The notes under the pieces are model-generated. The model had not been told where the DNA came from. It searched no databases and saw nothing but the letters and a program-made list of their open reading frames with translations. A stretch of 56,727 nucleotides of DNA from a virus (taxonomy: Duplodnaviria; Caudoviricetes): the IMG/VR virus record IMGVR_UViG_3300024518_000353, positions 1 to 56,727 of that record; one strand, written 5' to 3'. Every line of letters begins with the position of its first letter. Positions within the stretch are counted from its first letter, which is position 1. Made by a program: the position numbers and the translations under genes. Shown here piece after piece: positions 1-8,197 of the stretch.

Positions 1-42
1 TAATTTATAAAATCTAAACATTATTTATCCCCTTTTTTTATG

Positions 43-62
43 TGTTGTAAAAATACAACAAG
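43..62. repeat. Near-palindrome TGTTGTAAAAATACAACA(AG), copy 1
   Basis: Its exact 20-bp reverse complement lies at 324-343. Confidence 0.9.
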
Positions 63-180
63 TTTATATAAATTTATTAACATATTATAATTAAATTACA
101 AAAAGAAAAGATTGTCAAACAAATAATAAAATAAATTAAATAACTTGATTTTAAAAAACTGTTGATAATAGGAAGTAATT

Positions 181-199
181 GATATTAATAATCATTATC
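181..199. promoter_or_regulatory. Fur-box-like site 1
   Basis: GATATTAATAATCATTATC, 17/19 match to the classical Fur consensus GATAATGATAATCATTATC. Confidence 0.6.
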
Positions 200-261
200 A
201 AGTTGAAAATTCCATTTACTGCATTTACTCAAGACACATTTAGAGCAGACAACCTTTAACT

Positions 262-280
262 GATATTGATAATCATTATC
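262..280. promoter_or_regulatory. Fur-box-like site 2
   Basis: GATATTGATAATCATTATC, 18/19 match to the Fur consensus. Confidence 0.65.
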
Positions 281-298
281 ATCTATCTAAATTAGAAT

Positions 299-317
299 GA
301 TATTGATAATTATTATC
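299..317. promoter_or_regulatory. Fur-box-like site 3
   Basis: GATATTGATAATTATTATC, 17/19 match to the Fur consensus. Confidence 0.6.
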
Positions 318-323
318 ATCTAG

Positions 324-343
324 CTTGTTGTATTTTTACAACA
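324..343. repeat. Near-palindrome copy 2 (inverted relative to 43-62)
   Basis: CTTGTTGTATTTTTACAACA is the reverse complement of 43-62. Confidence 0.9.
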
Positions 344-440
344 GACAAAAAAGAGGTAGGGGGAGGGAAAAAAACAGGGGGGGTGCGTGTAATATAAAAA
401 AGGGGTACCCCCACAAAATTACTGAGAAAATAGACTTTGG

Positions 441-456
441 TGTCAATCTTTTGACA
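441..456. repeat. Palindromic TGTCAA-N4-TTGACA site, copy 1
   Basis: TGTCAATCTTTTGACA; exact reverse complement at 54888-54903. Confidence 0.85.
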
Positions 457-610
457 GTTGGGGAGTTTCTTTAAAATTTGATTGGGGAGTCCTCAAAATA
501 GATGTACACAACCATACACGAGATGTGCAATAGAACTATATAGTTATGTGTTTGTTTGATTTATTTGTCAGCTATGATATATACCTTTAACCCTGGCTAA
601 CATAGTTAGA

Positions 611-639
611 AGTATATCATACTTTTGTCTAACTGACAA
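611..639 (-). promoter_or_regulatory. Putative leftward sigma70 promoter
   Basis: Minus strand TTGTCA-17 bp-TATACT with extended -10 TG. Confidence 0.45.
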
Positions 640-687
640 GTTATTTTTTAACTTTTTTTTAAATTCATTATAGTGTATAATACAATA

Positions 688-1389
688 ATGAAATATAAAG
701 AACCCAAACATTTGCTTTATGCTCACCTAGACGATTCAGGTCTCAGGGATTTGATTAAGGAAACTGCAGCGACTCGTAAGAAACGTAACGCAGGTAGAGA
801 TTTGATTGAGATGAGACGTGAGTACATGCGTAGAATTGAGGAAAGGAGACTCAAGATGACTGAAAAGAAAGCTAAGAAGTTACCTGAAGGACAAAAGGTA
901 AAGATGTTAGAGAACGCACAGCATAAATACCATAACTTTGCAAAGAATACATTGCCTAGTGGATTGTCCCCTATGCAGGAAAAGTTTTGTTTAGAGTACA
1001 CAGCTACAGGTGACGTATTAACTGCGTATCGTTCAGCAGGTTATAAAGATTTACATAATGATGCAAAGACTCGTGCTGAAGCTAAACGATTATTAAAGAA
1101 TGATAAAGTTGAAGAAAGATGTAATCAGATAAGACTTGACGCAATGAAAGATGTAGGACTTAATATAAATGAAGTTGTAAAGAAGTTTATGAAAGTTTAT
1201 GATAGAGGTATGGCAGAAAATGATTTAACTAACTCTAATAGAGCAATGGAGTTTATAGGTAAACATTTAGGTATGTTAATTGAAAGAAAAGAAATTAAAC
1301 AGGACATTACAACAAAATCTCCAGAGGAATTAGAACGTGAAATTAAACATTACGAAAATGTTGTCAAGCTTGAACAAACTAATAAATAA
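688..1389 (+). CDS. terS: Terminase small subunit
   Basis: LSPMQEKFCLEY...AYRSAGY...AKRLL HTH-type TerS motif and GKHLGML; lies just upstream of TerL. ATG 688 preferred over GTG 673. Confidence 0.8.
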   Translation: MKYKEPKHLLYAHLDDSGLRDLIKETAATRKKRNAGRDLIEMRREYMRRIEERRLKMTEKKAKKLPEGQKVKMLENAQHKYHNFAKNTLPSGLSPMQEKFCLEYTATGDVLTAYRSAGYKDLHNDAKTRAEAKRLLKNDKVEERCNQIRLDAMKDVGLNINEVVKKFMKVYDRGMAENDLTNSNRAMEFIGKHLGMLIERKEIKQDITTKSPEELEREIKHYENVVKLEQTNK

Positions 1390-1615
1390 AACTCTTTTAT
1401 ATTTTTACTATATATGTATAGTATTATTATTTAGTTGGGTTATGTACGTTTGTAGTATGGCAACCTGGAATACATTTTGTAAAGGTTGTCCAGCGACATG
1501 GTACAAAGAACATGTTGAACCAATACTTCCTAGACCTATGCCTAAACCTGTCGTACCAATTAAAGAAGAAGATGATTGGGATGATGATGATGACGAGGAA
1601 ACAGATTGGCGATAA
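1358..1615 (+). CDS. Small membrane protein with acidic C-terminus
   Basis: Hydrophobic stretch, CxxC and DDDD tail; start uncertain (1337 or 1358). Confidence 0.55.
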   Translation: MLSSLNKLINKTLLYFYYICIVLLFSWVMYVCSMATWNTFCKGCPATWYKEHVEPILPRPMPKPVVPIKEEDDWDDDDDEETDWR

Positions 1616-1740
1616 GAATAATTAATGAAAATACTTATTGGTTTATTTCTGTAGATTTTAGAAGAAAAGTAAAACCAAAAGAATATAAGTCCCCTGTAGT
1701 TGCATGGGGTAGTAGTAAAGATTATGTTACAGACAAGTGA
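1606..1740 (+). CDS. Hypothetical 44-aa protein (TTG start)
   Basis: GAGGA RBS; fills the gap before terL; not in the ORF track. Confidence 0.3.
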   Translation: MAIRIINENTYWFISVDFRRKVKPKEYKSPVVAWGSSKDYVTDK

Positions 1741-3247
1741 GAATTTAATAAAGCTTAGAGAATTATATTTTCAAAGAGCAGTACAACAATCTAAAGATAG
1801 CTTTCTACATTTTATAGCTATGTTTGCACCTACATTAGTTCCTGATTGGATTATGGGTAAACATATTCATGTAATTGCAGATAGGTTAAAAAAAGTTGAG
1901 AATGGAGAAATAAAAAGACTTATGGTCTTTCTTCCTCCTCGTTCATCTAAATCAGTTATATGTTCAAAGTTATTTCCTGCATGGTACGTAGGGCGACACC
2001 CACAACATGAGATACTAACTGTTTCTCACTCTGACCAACTAGCTTCAGATTTTGGTAGGTCAGTAAGAGATTTAGTAAATCATGATTTATTTAATACTGT
2101 CTTTCCACAAGTACAATTACGTAGTGATGTTAGAGCAGCAGGAAAATGGAAAACAAATCAAGGTGGTTCATATTATGCAGCAGGTGTTAGAAGTCAAATA
2201 GCAGGTCGTGGTGCACATATTGCAATACTAGATGACGTAATGTCTGAAGAGGACTCCTTTAGTGAAACAGGTAGAAGATATGTAAAGGAATGGTACCCTT
2301 CAGGTTTACGTACACGTATTATGCCTAATGGTTCAATTGTAATTATTAATACACGTTATCATGAAGATGATTTATGTGGTTGGTTATTAAGACAGGAATC
2401 ACAAATAAAATTAGAGAATAAATGGGAAGTAATAAAAATCCCTGCATGGATAGACGAAGATTCAAGTAAGTTACTGGATTTACCTGTAGGGTCTTCCTAT
2501 TTTCCTGAATGGAAACCTAGTAAAATTTTAAAAACAGATGAAGAAGAAATAAAGGCAAGTAATGGTTTAAGGTATTGGGAGTCTCTTTATATGCAGAATC
2601 CTGTACCAGACAGTGGTGGTATTATTAAAAAGAAGTGGTTTCAATGGTGGGACTATGATGAACCACCTGCATGTGACTATATAATACAAACATATGATAC
2701 TGCTTTTTCAACAAAAACAACTGCTGATTTTAGTGTTATTCAAACCTGGGGTATCTTTCAACATATGGAAACTGATTCTACAGGAAGAGAAACTTGGGTT
2801 TCAAATTTAATTTTATTAGGAAATGAAAAAGGTAGATTTGATTATCCTGAATTAAGAGCTAAAGCACAAGAATTATATGAGTATCATAAACCTGATGTAT
2901 GTATTATAGAGAAGAAAGCAAGTGGTCAATCTCTGATACAGGACATGCGTAGAGCAGGTTTACCAGTCTTAGATTATATTCCTGATAGGGATAAGACTGC
3001 AAGAGTCTACGCAGCTACACCATTAATGGAATCTGGAAGAGTTTGGATTCCTAAAGGACATGAGTGGAGTGATGATTTATTTAGTGAAGCTATCACATTT
3101 CCAAATGGTAGACATGATGACCAAGTTGACGCAATGACTATGGCAATACACTATATGAAAGAATCATGGAATCTAGTTCACCCTGATGACCCTGATTATG
3201 AAGAAGGTCATGAAAGAAAAAAAAGGGTTGCATATTGGAAAGTTTAA
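1724..3247 (+). CDS. terL: Terminase large subunit
   Basis: Walker A-like PPRSSKS, ILDD Walker B, RNase H-type nuclease with HDDQVDAMT. Confidence 0.95.
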   Translation: MLQTSENLIKLRELYFQRAVQQSKDSFLHFIAMFAPTLVPDWIMGKHIHVIADRLKKVENGEIKRLMVFLPPRSSKSVICSKLFPAWYVGRHPQHEILTVSHSDQLASDFGRSVRDLVNHDLFNTVFPQVQLRSDVRAAGKWKTNQGGSYYAAGVRSQIAGRGAHIAILDDVMSEEDSFSETGRRYVKEWYPSGLRTRIMPNGSIVIINTRYHEDDLCGWLLRQESQIKLENKWEVIKIPAWIDEDSSKLLDLPVGSSYFPEWKPSKILKTDEEEIKASNGLRYWESLYMQNPVPDSGGIIKKKWFQWWDYDEPPACDYIIQTYDTAFSTKTTADFSVIQTWGIFQHMETDSTGRETWVSNLILLGNEKGRFDYPELRAKAQELYEYHKPDVCIIEKKASGQSLIQDMRRAGLPVLDYIPDRDKTARVYAATPLMESGRVWIPKGHEWSDDLFSEAITFPNGRHDDQVDAMTMAIHYMKESWNLVHPDDPDYEEGHERKKRVAYWKV

Positions 3248-3256
3248 GTATATAAT
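3228..3256 (+). promoter_or_regulatory. sigma70-like promoter of the structural arm
   Basis: TTGCAT-17 bp-TATAAT upstream of 3288. Confidence 0.55.
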
Positions 3257-3287
3257 AGAATATAATATATAACTGTGAAAGAAAATT

Positions 3288-3995
3288 ATGTTACCCAGAG
3301 GATTATTTAATTTATTAAAGTTACAATCAGCTAAAGCTATTCCTACGACTAGAGGTATAACAACTACTCCTGCTAATAAAGGTTTAGAATCTGTAGCTGA
3401 AAGAATTAATGTTTTTCCAGTTCCTCAAAGAATGTTAGATAGAACAGGTAAAGATTTTAAACCTTTTTTAAAAGATGTAGAATATGAAAAAGGAGGAAAA
3501 TATTTAAACCCTGTAACAAAAGAATCTTTAACTAATAAAAATTTAAAAGATGCAACTATATCTATTAGTGAAGATGGAAAACCAAATTTTAAAGCTAGTC
3601 CTATTGAAGCTGATATTGTTGGAAGTCCTGATGTTAAAGGAGCAACAAAAATAAAAACAAATTTATTTAAAAAGAAAGCAGGATGGAAATGGATAGATGC
3701 TCCAAAAGGTTTTGAGGAAGTTCCAACTTTAGTTTCTGTTGAGAATAAAGGTAAACATTATTATGCATTAAAAGCTGATTTTCCTAAAGGTGTAAATTTA
3801 TCAAGATATGCTGAGTCTAAATCAGAACCCAGACTAAGACCAACAATGAAAGGTTTTGTAGAATTAGGAGAACCTGTTGGAACAATATCAGTTAGAGGTA
3901 AAGAACATGTTGTTTACGATAGAATAGTAAATATGAAAGCAGGAGGAATGATTCAAAGAAATAATTATAATTATAACACACAAAGGACTATATAA
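3288..3995 (+). CDS. Hypothetical protein with C-terminal MKAGG motif
   Basis: 235-aa ORF coupled to the portal gene by TAATG. Confidence 0.75.
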   Translation: MLPRGLFNLLKLQSAKAIPTTRGITTTPANKGLESVAERINVFPVPQRMLDRTGKDFKPFLKDVEYEKGGKYLNPVTKESLTNKNLKDATISISEDGKPNFKASPIEADIVGSPDVKGATKIKTNLFKKKAGWKWIDAPKGFEEVPTLVSVENKGKHYYALKADFPKGVNLSRYAESKSEPRLRPTMKGFVELGEPVGTISVRGKEHVVYDRIVNMKAGGMIQRNNYNYNTQRTI

Positions 3996-6430
3996 TGCCA
4001 ACTGAAAAGAATCCATTTAATAAAATAGATGAAGATATACTAGAGGCTTCAACTCCTGGAGAAGAAGTAGATATAGAAACTATGTCTGACCAAATTCTTC
4101 CTGATGAAAGTATTGCAATGATGGAAGATGGTTCAGCTATGGTTGATTTAACAGGGAAACCTGCAATTATGCCTGACGAAGAAATGGTAGGTGGTCATTA
4201 TGATAACCTAGCTCCAATGTTAGAAGATGCCTTACTTCAAGAGATAGGTTCTGAAGTATATCAAAAATATGAATCAGATAAAGAATCACGACATGAATGG
4301 GAACAAACTTTTGAAAGAGGTTTTGACTTATTAGGTTTAAAACTAAAAGAAACTACTCAACCATTTGAAGGTGCATGTACTGCAGTTCACCCACTCTTAA
4401 TTGAGTCAGCAGTAAAGTTTCAATCAAAAGCTTCTCAAGAATTATTTCCACCAGGTGGACCAGTTATGGCTCAAGTAATGGGAACTGAATCTGAACAAAA
4501 ACAACAACAAGCATCTCGTGTAAAACAATTTATGAATTATCAGTTAACTGATATGATGCCTGAATACTTTCATGAGTTTGAAAGAATGTTGTTTCATTTA
4601 CCAATTATAGGTTCAGCATTTAAAAAGATTTATTATGATGGAGCAATGGACAGACCTTGTTCAGAGTTTGTTCCTATTGACCAATTTTATGTGTCTTATC
4701 ATGCTTCAGATTTAATGAAGGCAGATAGATATACTCATGTTATATTACGTAATCCAAATGATTTAGCAAGAGAAATAGCTGCAGGAGTTTATGAAGATGT
4801 AGAATTACCTGAAGCACAATCAATTGAACAAACTTCAATGTCAATGAAAGTTGACGAAATAATGGGAACTGCAATTCCTACTGATTCAGACCCACAATAT
4901 ATTTTATTAGAACAACATTGTTATTTAAATTTACCTGAACCTTATGGAGATGGTGACGGAGTAGCATTACCTTATATTGTTACTATTGAAGAGAGTTCAC
5001 AAAAAGTTTTATCTATTAGAAGAAACTATGATGAAGATGACCCTACCAAACAAAAGAAAATGTTCTTTACTCATTATAAGTTTGTTCCAGGTTTTGGTTT
5101 TTATGGTTTAGGTTTAATACATTTCCTAGGTAATCTTACAATGACTGCAACTGCAGCTATGAGAAACTTAGTTGACTCTGGTCAGTTTGCAACATTACCT
5201 GCAGGATTTAAAGCTAAAGGTGTAAAGGTTGTTGGTGATAATGAACCTTTATCTCCAGGTGAGTTTAGAGATGTAGAAGCTACAGGTGTAGATTTAAATA
5301 GAGCAATTGTTCCTCTACCTTATAAAGAACCTTCTCAAACATTATTTCAAATGTTAGGTTTTATTTCAGGAGCAGGACAAAAGTTTGCTGACTCTACTGA
5401 AAAAGTTATAAGTGATTCAACTAACTATGGACCAGTTGGAACTACTATGGCATTACTAGAAGCTTCAAGTAAATTTTTTAGTGCAATACATAAACGATTA
5501 CATAATTCACAAAAAGAAGAATTTAAAATATTAGCAAGGATAAATTTTGAGTCATTACCTGACGCATATCCTTATGAGGTTCCTGGTGCAAGTCCAACCA
5601 TATTAAAAACGGACTTTGATGGTAGGGTAGATGTAATACCTGTTAGTGACCCTAACATACCTTCAAGTGCTCATAGATTAATGCTTTCACAGTTGGCTCT
5701 TCAGTTAGCCAGTCAAGCACCACCAGGAACTTATAATATACAGGCATTGCATAGAACAATATTACAAGCTGCAAATATGCCAAACTTAGATAACATATTA
5801 CCACCCCAAGTGAAACCACAACCACTTGACCCTGTGTCAGATATACAGGCAGCAGTTAAAGGGATGCCTATAGGAGCATTTCCAGGTCAAGACCATATGG
5901 CACATGTAACAGTTAAGTCTTCTTTTTTAACTGACCCAATGAATGGTGGAAGTCCAATTATGGAAAAAGTAAAACCAGTTCTTGAAGCAAATATAAAAGA
6001 ACATATGATTATGAGATACCAAGAACAAATTAATGGTATGGTATCAGGAGTAGCAACTGACCCTGCAACATTACAACAAGTTCAGGCACAAGCTGCTCAA
6101 CAGATTTCCCAAGCTAATCAAAATATGGGTGTACAACAATCACCTGAACAACAAATGGTTGAGCTTGAGAAAAAGAGACTTGATATTGAGAAAGAAAAAT
6201 TAGGTCTTGACGCACTACAAGAAGCTGCAAGTTTAGCTGTTAAACAACGTGAACTTACTTTAAAAGAAGAAGACCAAGGTATCAAAGCCATAAAAGATGG
6301 TGCTGCTACAATATTAAAACAAAGTGAGGGTACGAAGGATAGACAAACTAAAATTGCAACTCAGACTATTAAAACTCTTGGTGACTTAGCCAAGGAAGAA
6401 CTCAAAGAAGAAACGAAAGGAGAAAACTAA
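3995..6430 (+). CDS. Portal protein
   Basis: 811 aa after TerL; HPLLIESAVKFQ, GSAFKKIYYD and PGFGFYGLGLIH motifs; coiled-coil C-terminal barrel as in P22-like portals. Confidence 0.9.
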   Translation: MPTEKNPFNKIDEDILEASTPGEEVDIETMSDQILPDESIAMMEDGSAMVDLTGKPAIMPDEEMVGGHYDNLAPMLEDALLQEIGSEVYQKYESDKESRHEWEQTFERGFDLLGLKLKETTQPFEGACTAVHPLLIESAVKFQSKASQELFPPGGPVMAQVMGTESEQKQQQASRVKQFMNYQLTDMMPEYFHEFERMLFHLPIIGSAFKKIYYDGAMDRPCSEFVPIDQFYVSYHASDLMKADRYTHVILRNPNDLAREIAAGVYEDVELPEAQSIEQTSMSMKVDEIMGTAIPTDSDPQYILLEQHCYLNLPEPYGDGDGVALPYIVTIEESSQKVLSIRRNYDEDDPTKQKKMFFTHYKFVPGFGFYGLGLIHFLGNLTMTATAAMRNLVDSGQFATLPAGFKAKGVKVVGDNEPLSPGEFRDVEATGVDLNRAIVPLPYKEPSQTLFQMLGFISGAGQKFADSTEKVISDSTNYGPVGTTMALLEASSKFFSAIHKRLHNSQKEEFKILARINFESLPDAYPYEVPGASPTILKTDFDGRVDVIPVSDPNIPSSAHRLMLSQLALQLASQAPPGTYNIQALHRTILQAANMPNLDNILPPQVKPQPLDPVSDIQAAVKGMPIGAFPGQDHMAHVTVKSSFLTDPMNGGSPIMEKVKPVLEANIKEHMIMRYQEQINGMVSGVATDPATLQQVQAQAAQQISQANQNMGVQQSPEQQMVELEKKRLDIEKEKLGLDALQEAASLAVKQRELTLKEEDQGIKAIKDGAATILKQSEGTKDRQTKIATQTIKTLGDLAKEELKEETKGEN

Positions 6431-6573
6431 TGAGTGAAATTATAAAAGGTCCTAAGAATAAAAAAGGTTTTGGTGACTGGTCAAAGATGCCAAGCACGGA
6501 TTATTCAGTCAGAGTAAAAAAGGGTGTCCTAAATGAATGGCAACCTGATAGTACATATAAAATTAAAAAATAA
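6430..6573 (+). CDS. Hypothetical 47-aa protein
   Basis: TAATG-coupled to the portal, GGAG RBS; MSEIIKGPKN...; not in the track. Confidence 0.6.
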   Translation: MSEIIKGPKNKKGFGDWSKMPSTDYSVRVKKGVLNEWQPDSTYKIKK

Positions 6574-6575
6574 TT

Positions 6576-6782
6576 ATGATACATAAAATTATTTCTGAAA
6601 TTGAGAAGGAAATAACGAATGAAATTGCACAAATCCAAGAATCATTGGGGGATGGTATTTGTCAAGACTATTCTCACTATAAACATCTAACAGGTTCAAT
6701 TGATGGATTGAATAAAAGTAAGATGGTTATAAAAAATATATATAAAAAAATGATTGATGGAGATGAAGATGCAGACGATTAA
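6576..6782 (+). CDS. Hypothetical phage protein
   Basis: Short ORF with a DYSHYKHLTGSIDGL motif, directly before GroES. Confidence 0.7.
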   Translation: MIHKIISEIEKEITNEIAQIQESLGDGICQDYSHYKHLTGSIDGLNKSKMVIKNIYKKMIDGDEDADD

Positions 6783-7185
6783 AATGCAAAAGGCAGTAAA
6801 AAATGATGTATGGCTTAATAACGAAGAAACTCCTGACCCAAAAGTGTTACCTGTTTTGCCTGGGTATCATGTGTTGGTTCGCCCTGTTTCGATAAGAAAT
6901 CAAACTAAAGGTGGTATCATGTTACCTGATTCAGTTAAAGAAGATATATCTTATCTTACAACTGTAGGAAAAGTTTTATCTATAGGTGATTTAGCTTATA
7001 AAGATAAAGATAAATTTCCTAATGGAAACTGGTGTGAGGTTGGAGATTATGTAAGCTATGGAAAACATGAAGGACAAAAATTTATTTATAAAGGTTTAAA
7101 ACTTTTATTATTATTTGATGACCAAATAATGATGAAGGTTGAAGACCCTAAACATTTAGATACAACTTATAATTTATCAAATTAA
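6769..7185 (+). CDS. groES: GroES-like co-chaperonin
   Basis: PGYHVLVRP...TKGGIMLPD...GKVLSIG...VGDYV, a Cpn10 signature; GGAG RBS favours ATG 6769. Confidence 0.85.
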   Translation: MQTIKMQKAVKNDVWLNNEETPDPKVLPVLPGYHVLVRPVSIRNQTKGGIMLPDSVKEDISYLTTVGKVLSIGDLAYKDKDKFPNGNWCEVGDYVSYGKHEGQKFIYKGLKLLLLFDDQIMMKVEDPKHLDTTYNLSN

Positions 7186-7328
7186 TAATATGGAAATAAA
7201 ATGCAGTTCCCTAAAGACTTAATTTTATTTACTAATATTAAATTTAAAGTAACAAAAAATACTAAACGATTAAAAGACTTATCTGATAATAGATGGGATT
7301 ATACAATAATTAATAGAAAGGGGAAAAT

Positions 7329-7514
7329 ATGATTTGTTTATGTAAAAGTATAAAGGAAAAATTTACAAATTTAAGTATATGGACTTGGTTTAAACATAAA
7401 GGTTGTTTAATAAAAACCATGATTGTTTTATGGAAAGTTTCATTACCTGAGTTAAAAGTTATTATTGACGAAAAAAATAAGACTAAAACAAGACCTACTA
7501 TAACTGAGGTCTAA
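7329..7514 (+). CDS. Hypothetical protein
   Basis: ORF with GGGG RBS. Confidence 0.4.
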   Translation: MICLCKSIKEKFTNLSIWTWFKHKGCLIKTMIVLWKVSLPELKVIIDEKNKTKTRPTITEV

Positions 7515-7530
7515 GGTAAGGATAAGGATA

Positions 7531-8001
7531 ATGATTGACCCATTTACAGCTTTTGCAGCTTTGAAGGGAGCTACAGAGGCAATATCAAGTGCTATAAAAA
7601 CTGGAAAAGATTTATCTACTATGTCAAGTTCAGTTGCAAAATGGGCAAAGGCAGAAGCAGGTTTACAAGTTATAACTTCAGAAAAACCTGGAGTTGTTTC
7701 TAAATTATTTGGTAAGCTAACTGGTGCTGAGCAAAATGCAATTGATGCACATTTTAGAAAAGAAGAAGCTAATAGACTTCGTGATGAAATGCGAAGTATG
7801 TTTTTATTATATGGGTCTGCTGGTCAATGGGAAAGACTTCAAAAAGAAATTGCAGTTGAACGTAAGAGACAAACAGATTTTTTAAGGCAACAAATAGCTG
7901 CAAAAAAACGTAGAAAGAGTATTATTATTTGGACATTTGCTTTAATATTTGGAGTATCATTTGTAGCTTTTGAAATATATCTATTAATGAATCATTATTA
8001 A
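7531..8001 (+). CDS. Membrane-anchored coiled-coil protein
   Basis: MIDPFTAFAA start, C-terminal transmembrane helix, AAGGA RBS. Confidence 0.75.
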   Translation: MIDPFTAFAALKGATEAISSAIKTGKDLSTMSSSVAKWAKAEAGLQVITSEKPGVVSKLFGKLTGAEQNAIDAHFRKEEANRLRDEMRSMFLLYGSAGQWERLQKEIAVERKRQTDFLRQQIAAKKRRKSIIIWTFALIFGVSFVAFEIYLLMNHY

Positions 8002-8016
8002 AAAAGGATAAAAATT

Positions 8017-8106
8017 ATGCCATATGGTCCAGGAACTTATGGAAGTAAACGAGGAAGACCTAAGAAAATGAAAAAAGGTAAAAGACCTTGTCCTTCTAAA
8101 AAGTAA
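8017..8106 (+). CDS. 29-aa basic AT-hook microprotein
   Basis: MPYGPGTYGSKRGRPKKMKKGKRPCPSKK; AAGGA RBS; KRGRPKK is an AT-hook core; not in the track. Confidence 0.7.
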   Translation: MPYGPGTYGSKRGRPKKMKKGKRPCPSKK

Positions 8107-8115
8107 AATAAATAC

Positions 8116-8144
8116 TTGTATGCTATGTTAAACTATAGTATTAT
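8116..8144 (+). promoter_or_regulatory. sigma70-like promoter of the scaffold/capsid operon
   Basis: TTGTAT-17 bp-TATTAT. Confidence 0.5.
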
Positions 8145-8197
8145 ATAATATTATAACTTTGCGTAATCGATTGGTTCGCAACAACGTAGGAGATAAC

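Noticed and set aside
137-150. IHF-like site TAAATAACTTGATT
   Set aside because: Imperfect match in very AT-rich DNA; not distinguishable from chance
6769-7185. GroES as a novelty
   Set aside because: Co-chaperonin genes beside head genes are well known in phages
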